Assembly: GCA_951406725.2 (NCBI GenBank)
Contig: OX597839.1
Span: 33,480,001-33,544,000 of the forward strand
DNA: 64,000 nt
Direction: 5' to 3'
Source of the DNA: Octopus vulgaris
Lineage: Eukaryota
Part shown: positions 56,465 to 64,000 of the stretch, one piece after another
Layout of the letters: the number at the start of each line of letters is the position of its first letter
Numbering within the stretch: position 1 is the stretch's first letter
Program-made: the position numbers and the translations under genes
Notes under the pieces: model-generated
What the model was told of the DNA's origin: nothing
What the model saw: the letters and a program-made list of their open reading frames with translations, nothing else
Databases searched by the model: none

Positions 56465-56763
56465 GAAACCTAGTACTTATTCTCTTTTGCCGAACCGCTA
56501 ATTTACGGGTACGTAAACACACCATCATCGGTTGTCAAGCGATCGTGGGGGGACAAACACAGACACAGAAACACACACACACACAAACACACACACACGC
56601 ACACATATATATGCGATTGGCTTCTTTCAGTTTTCATCTGCCGAATCCACTCACAAGACTTTGGTCGGCCTAAAGCTATAGTAGAAGACACTTGTCCAAG
56701 GTGCCACACAGTGAGACTGATCCCGGAACCATATGGTTGGTAAGCAAACTATTACCACACGCC

Positions 56764-56764
<1 letters not shown>
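56465..56764 (-). mobile_element. Family A SINE (older, tail missing)
   Basis: Homology to 62-471. Confidence 0.8.
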
Positions 56765-56830
<66 letters not shown>

Positions 56831-56980
56831 AGAAAAAAATCTATCAGAAAGGAACTCTATCTCTCTTAAAAAAATATCTTTTGATAAGCATAACAAATGC
56901 GCAACCGGTAAAAAGAACGTTCACCTAATTAAATACACTCTCCCTTACCTAAATTATTTTGTCAGCATTTTCTTCATTTC

Positions 56981-57058
<78 letters not shown>

Positions 57059-57767
57059 TCATTATTTCCCACTGGGCAAGCTTGCTTCTGTATCTTGTAT
57101 GTCTTTTGTACAGACTAATGGAATAGTAAAGAGTAGACAGGCATTCAAATTAATGATCATATTTAATACCTACATAGAATATCTTTATGTTACACCTTAA
57201 TATACAGATAGTGTGCAAAATGAAGAGGTGACAGGAGATTAATTACATAGGAATGAATTCTATTACAGCTCTAAGAATTCACCTGTATTTTTATATAAAA
57301 GCAAAGTATTTTTGTAATCACTTATCTAACACCAGAATAACTTATTTCTATACATCAAAGCTTTTGCGAATTCAGACCATATTTTTGTTGTCCAGAATAT
57401 TATAGCATTTGGTAATCAATGAAACGTCAGTGTTTTAGTTTCTATGCGCAAAAAAAGTATTTTAAGTATCTATTTACATAACTTATCGATGACCATTAAT
57501 ATGTGTTGGTATTTTTAAGGAAGTAAGCACATTTGTATAATTCAAAGGTGGAACAGTAGTTAGAGCATGGCTTGTTAAGTGGTTAAGAGGCATGCACCGC
57601 AACGACGGGTTTACTTGGCCGAGCCAGTTTTGATCTCTTTGGATGCGTTGGGCAACGATTTTCTTACACTGCCATTTGTTTTGAGTAATATATACTGAGT
57701 GGATTTAAGGTGTCACAAAGTGTACGGAAATCCACCATGTGTATGTACATATACATACATGCATGCA

Positions 57768-57824
<57 letters not shown>

Positions 57825-58120
57825 GCTTAGAGAAGAAGGAGAAACGAAACGAAACGAATCGAATCGAATCGATGCGATGGCGCTCAGTCATTCAGTTGTG
57901 TGATAAATAAAATATATGCATACATACATACATATATGTACGTACCTACATCTACATGTATATATACATGCATATATAAATATATATATACGTGAGTACA
58001 GGACACCACAATTAGACGTAGAACTAAACGAGAAACGAAAAACGAAAACGAAAAAATAAAAACAAGCAGGGAACGGACCATTTTTTAACAACGAAAAAAC
58101 AGAGTACAAGACATACATAC

Positions 58121-58254
<134 letters not shown>

Positions 58255-58335
58255 GTATGTGTGTGCGTGTGTGTGTGTGTGTGAGTGTATAGGATGTTTG
58301 AAGTGGTGTATAGATATTGCATATTAAGAGAAAAT

Positions 58336-58694
58336 AGGCAGTCAGAATTTTGGATAATTCTTTATTAGCGCTTTCGTTCGTTTAAACGAATTCTTCAAGA
58401 AAACTTCAACCAAAACAATAAAAAACGGAACGTTTCATCCCCCTCTTTGCTCTTCTTTTCTTTTTCATTCTCGATTGTTCTGCTCCCAACACTCCTCTCT
58501 TTCTCCCTTTCTCCAAGAAACAACATTTTCTCTTCTTCTAAACAAAACAAGAAAACATCCGTTCTTCGATTCATATAAAAAAAATAAACAAGGAAACGTT
58601 CCGTTTTTATTATTTTGGTTGATAATTTTTCTTGAAGAATTCGATCAAACGAACGAAAGCGCTGATAAAGAATTATCCAAACTTCTGACTGCCT
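58336..58694. repeat. Inverted repeat (arms of about 100 bp, 156-bp spacer), each arm with a degenerate hammerhead
   Basis: 58336-58436 versus 58593-58694; CTTGAAGA-ATTCG-N6-CGAAC-GAAAG-CG-CT(A/G). Confidence 0.8.
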
Positions 58695-58945
58695 TCTTAT
58701 TCCTTTCTACATATATATACATACACATTATATACATACATACATGCACATTATATACATACATACATACATACATACATACATACATACATACATACAT
58801 ACATACATACATACATACATACATACGTACATACATACATACATACATATATACATACATATATGCATACATATAAATATATATATATGTGTGTATATAT
58901 ATATGTATATATGTATATACATACATATATATATATATATAACGA

Positions 58946-58980
<35 letters not shown>

Positions 58981-59559
58981 CACACACACACACACACACA
59001 TTAATAATTAAGTGTTTCTTTTACGGTAGACTTAACTGAAGAGAATCGAGCGTGTCTTTTGACACCAAATTCAAAATTATGGTATCAAGTTAATTGACAT
59101 TCCTTCTTGCATTTTTGCAGAGATAAGAAGCAATTCCTTAATTCACTTAAATTTTTTTTTAGGGTCATACCCGAGTAAACATAGTGATAACTTTTCGTGG
59201 CTTCAGAGGGTTTTAATTCCTATGTTCAGCAAAGCTGGTGTCTTTTTTAAAAAAAGGCATCCTTATATATATATATATATATTAAGTACCAGTCAAATAC
59301 TGGGGTCGATATAATCGTCTTGCCCCCACCACCACCACAATATATTTCCGGTCTTGTGCTTGTAAAAGAAACGATTATTTCGTCCAACACCTGTGCATGA
59401 CTGATTCTAATTAGAACAGTTTTCTAGTTCGCTGCCTTCTTGTGAAGGTCCTGTATTAGACGTCTTTAATTACAAGATGTTATTCTCTGGTTATTATTCC
59501 TTAAATGTTACCAAATTTGTCTTCCAACAGTTAACATTTTTGCTTCTCGTCTCTTTATC

Positions 59560-59900
59560 TGATTGTCTGATTTTTTTTTTCTTCGTTTTTCCATATTCAG
59601 TTGCAACAATGGCTAGATTTTTCGTGATTAGATATGACTTTTTTTCCATTCTATTAGTTACCGTTGAATTCGTCGAAGAATCGCTTTTGATCTCCACAAA
59701 ACTCACGAATCTATCTGTGTCAGTTTATGCACACTTGAAAGACCTTTAATTTCCTGTTTCCTGAAAAACTCTTTGGTTAAGTTATTCGATGTTCTTCCAT
59801 TACAATGAAGACCCAGTTCTGTTCTTACTTTCATCGTAATTTCTTTATTTTTGAATGCAACCAAGAATAACAAAACCGTGTTTCGCGTTGACTAGTTTTG
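59560..59900 (-). pseudogene. Possible RTE-clade AP-endonuclease remnant
   Basis: DRFVSFVE and KNLAIVATEY resemble RLVxFCExNNLxIxxTxF. Confidence 0.3.
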
Positions 59901-60031
59901 CATTCTAGCTTTGCGCTTCTTAGATGCCACTGCTTCAATCAACACTTTTCGACTTCAATCATTGTATTTCATTGTGAAACTCTTCAGTCAATCCATAAAT
60001 TATAATTAATATTCTATAAACACTATAAGAG

Positions 60032-60192
60032 CAGGCGCGGCTGTGTACGAAGAATCTTGCTTCCCAACGACATGGCTTCGGGTTTAGTCCCACTGCGTGG
60101 CACCTTGGGCAAATATCTTCTACTATAGCCTCGGGCCGACCAATGCCGTGTGAGTGGGTTTGGTAGACGGAAACTGAAAGAAGCCCATCGTG
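60032..60192 (+). mobile_element. Family A SINE 5' half
   Basis: Homology to family A copies. Confidence 0.8.
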
Positions 60193-60232
60193 TATATATA
60201 TATACATATATTTATATATATACATATATATA

Positions 60233-60319
<87 letters not shown>

Positions 60320-60442
60320 TTATATTCTGTAAATGATAATGATTGTATTTTATAAGCTTAAAGCTAATGAGTGATCACCGCGCAATGACTAAAGAAAATA
60401 CAAACACAGTAAAATATATATACACATGTATATATATGTATA

Positions 60443-60511
<69 letters not shown>

Positions 60512-60544
60512 GCACGCATCCACGCACACACACATATATATAAA

Positions 60545-60775
60545 AGGCGGCGAGCTGGCAGAAACGTTAGCACGCCGGGAGAAATGCGTAGCCGTATTTC
60601 GTCTGGCGTTACGTTCTGGGTTCAAATTTCGCCGAGGTCGACTTTGCCTTTCATCCTTTCAGTGTCGATAAATTAAGTACCAGTGGCGCACTGGAGTCGA
60701 TATAATCGACTTAATCCGTTTATCTGTCCTTGTTTGTCCCCTCTGTGTTTAGCCCCTCGTGGGTAGTAAAGAAAT
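60545..60775 (+). mobile_element. Family B SINE monomer
   Basis: Full head, central domain and tail. Confidence 0.9.
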
Positions 60776-62362
60776 ATATATATTAGAGACGGGCCGCCTA
60801 GATAATTTATTCAAGGTATACCTTGAATAAAATAGATCAATAGCAACATTTTCCTCCCATGGCACCCAATTCAATCAAATTATGAAGGTTACTCTGCATA
60901 AAATGCAAAATATTTTAGTCTTTTTATAGATTAGGTAGGCATAATTTGCCCCTGCTTTTCAATCTCAGTATCTAAGCTACACATAGTAATGCTGTAGTAC
61001 ACATGCTGCGTACATTCCTACAAGAACGCTTTCTTTACATGCTCTAAAGGCAGAAGTAATTTTGCCTCCTACTCAGTCACATGCCTGTGTTTCACTTATT
61101 TTTTTGTGTGTTTTACTATATAAACGTCACCAACTGCCTACCCTGAGTATTACTGATGGTACATGCCTGATGTGTGTGTGTGTGTGTGTGTATGTGTGTG
61201 CGTGTGTATGTGTGTGTGTGTGTGAACATGTAAATAGGTACACATGGGGACATGTATATATGTGGATGTAATACTCGCAGTAAGATATTAAAACATTTTA
61301 ATTAAATGAAATAAATGGAACATTTTAAAAAATAATCATTTTAAGCAATCACATCATCCATTGCTATCCAACTTCTGGGTAAAGGCCCCTCCACGTATTT
61401 TTCCATTAAATAAACTCCTTAAGGAATATTCTTAATAACTAGAAATTCAGAAAAATAAAAATTAAATTAGTTTTTATTAGCACCAAATGGATATTGTTTT
61501 ATAGAAAATTTGTTGGTGAGATGTTTCCGATGAAAATTTTAATGAAAGCTATTTTAAATATTTTAAAATTTCTATTTCTGAATAACTTCCTACCTTTTGC
61601 ATGCAATCGATATTTTTTACCATTTTCGTTTTACCACTCTTAAATCAGGAAATTTTTGCCTCGGAATTAAATCGCTTATTTTATTTATTTATATCTATTT
61701 TTTATTTGATCATTGGCATCTCCAAATTTTTAAAACTCAATCCGTTGAAAGACTTGTTTCAAGTTATATCGTTTGCAGATTTTATGAAATGAAAATTTTC
61801 ACGTTTTTTTGTTTTTTGTTTTTTGTTTTTTTTAATGACATGAACTCAATAACTCTTAAAGAAAATATTCTGTGGTTGAATATTCAATATTTTAAAATTA
61901 ATATTCGAAAAATATAGTTTTAAAGCCCTGAAATCTCGTTTTCTCGTAGATTTTAAAACACGTTCTATATTTTGTTTCAATTTTAAAAATATTTAGAAAT
62001 GCCGTTTCAAGCATCATACTTAAAAATTTATTTTCATTTCCAACAAGATATCTCATTTTTCATTAGATTTCTTTAATTCAAGTAATTTAAACATAAGGTA
62101 AAAGGCAATTAAAATAATTCTCCTTCAAATCGGAACAACGTCATGCTGTCTTTGACGTGAAATTTATTTTTATTTCTTAATAAAAAAAGATTAATTTTAG
62201 AGACCACGTTCACATTTTTTTTTTTTTTTTTTTGCTAAACACAAATAAAATATTTTCTATCTTGGTTACAACTCTTATTATTTCGATGTTCCTTTAACTA
62301 GATTCCATATACGAACCTTCCACACAGGTGTTCAAATCTTGCTTTAATTAATTCATAAAACA

Positions 62363-63159
62363 CTAGCAGTATCGCCCGGCGTTGCTCGGGTTTGTAAGGG
62401 AAATAACTATATAAGCATTTTTAGAGAGTTATAGCCAAAAAGTAGCAAAAAAAATGCATTAAAAATGGAAAAAAAAATGATGGTAAATTTTTTTAAAATC
62501 GTTGACTCATCGTAGACATTTTTAGAGAGTTACTTCCCTTATATAATAGCGAGAAATGCATTAAAATGGAAAAAAATGATGGTAATTTTTTTTTTTAATC
62601 GTAGACTCATCGTAGACGCGCGCTAATACCCAGAAGGGCTCGATATGAATCACGACTATAAGATACCCGCTTTTGGTTAAACTGCACCGCAAAATGTGGG
62701 AGTAGTTAGGAATCTAAATCGTAGGAGACAGACACACAACTTGACTTTTATATATAACTAGCAGTATCGCCCGGCGTTGCTCGGGTTTGTAAGGGAAATA
62801 ACTATATAAGCATTTTTAGAGAGTTATAACCAAAAAATAGCAACAAAAAAAAATGCATTAAGAATGGAAAAAAAATGATGGTAAATTTTTTTTTAAATCG
62901 TTGACTCATCGTAGACATTTTTAGAGAGTTACTTCCCTTATATAATAGCGAAAAAATGCATTAAAATGGAAAAAATGATGGTAAATTATTTTTAAAATCG
63001 TAGATTCATCGTAGACGCGCGCTAATACCCAGAAGGGCTCGATTTGAATCACGACTATAAGATACCCGCTTTTGGTTAAACTGCACCGCAAAATGTGGGA
63101 GTAGTTAGGAATCTAAATCGTAGGAGACAGACACACAACTTGACTTTTATATATAAAGA
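62363..63159 (-). mobile_element. Head-to-tail dimer of the non-autonomous Helitron
   Basis: Units 62363-62757 and 62758-63159, each with a CTAG/hairpin end and an internal ~100-bp duplication absent from 55619-55924. Confidence 0.88.
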
Positions 63160-63243
63160 ATACTTCACAAAATCTCATCAACCCACCATTGACAGCCATT
63201 TTCATATACTGTAACGTACAGTAGCGTGTCACCATTCCTGCCA

Positions 63244-63445
63244 AGGCAGCGAGCTGGCAGAACCATTAGCAGGTCGGATCGTATGCTTTGCGGCATTTCT
63301 TCCAGGTTATTTACGTTCAGAGCTTAAAACATTGCCTAGGTCAATTTTGCCTTTCATCCCTTATGGTTCGATGAAACGAAGAACCGGTCAGGTATTGGGA
63401 GCCGATATAATTGATTTGTCACCTCCCATCAAAAATTGCTGGTCT
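63244..63445 (+). mobile_element. Old family B SINE
   Basis: GGCAGCGAGCTGGCAGAA head and TTTGCCTTTCATCC. Confidence 0.7.
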
Positions 63446-63887
63446 TCGACCCTGCAAACGGCCCCGAGTCTCGTTCAGGGGGATGTTTTAACGTCGGTCC
63501 CTTATACGCCATGGAAACTAAAGTACTGGCTTTATAGGTTCTAAAGCACAGGAAAAAACTTTTTTAAATGGCCGTCATTTGTAACATCTATATACTATTA
63601 AAACTCTGTGGTTACTTGCTCGTGCGCCTGCTCGTCTGTAATTTAATATAGCCAAACCGGCACATAATGGGGAAAATACTCTGAAAGTAAGATACCCATG
63701 AGCTGTAAATACAAACGGAATAAAACAAGTTTCGCGTAAATCGGACCATGCATTCCCGAGAAACAGTTTTTGGGGGTAGCTTCATAAAAAGCCAAAATGG
63801 CGCATAATGGGAGAATACACTGAAAGTAACGTAACTCTGGAATGGGAATATATGATACTGTGAAAATTGTTTCCATTAATTTTATAC

Positions 63888-64000
63888 TCTCTCTTTTTAC
63901 TCTTTTTACGTGTTTCAGTCATTTGATTGTGGCCATACTGGAGCACCGCCTTTAGTCGAGCAAATCGACCCCGGGACTTATTCTTTGTAAGCCTAGTACT
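63888..64000 (-). mobile_element. Family A SINE 3' end (runs off the window)
   Basis: Homology to family A copies. Confidence 0.85.

Overview
AT-rich, extremely microsatellite-dense animal genomic DNA. The SINE families and repeat landscape suggest an octopus genome (inference). I find no intact protein-coding gene, and nearly every ORF in the track is a translated microsatellite. The window holds: (i) dozens of tRNA-derived SINE copies from about four modular families; (ii) decayed mariner, Tc1, pogo-like and Helitron DNA elements; (iii) R4/Dong-like RLE retrotransposon 3' ends in (TAA)n, an L1/Tx1-like 3' end in (GATA)n, and CR1/RTE scraps; (iv) a candidate minus-strand 5' exon (ATG|GTAAGT at 22162) with promoter-like islands. 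The most notable signal is about 15 minimal type-I hammerhead-ribozyme-like motifs in short, (TA)n-flanked Penelope-type elements. Two repeated ~190-bp families carry fixed non-canonical cores (A6U, U4C) and a loop-less palindromic helix III. These occur alongside a series of near-perfect fold-back palindromes (65 bp to 2.1 kb). SINE concatemers with an identical junction inside single target-site duplications are a second unusual pattern. All calls were made by eye and none were database-checked.
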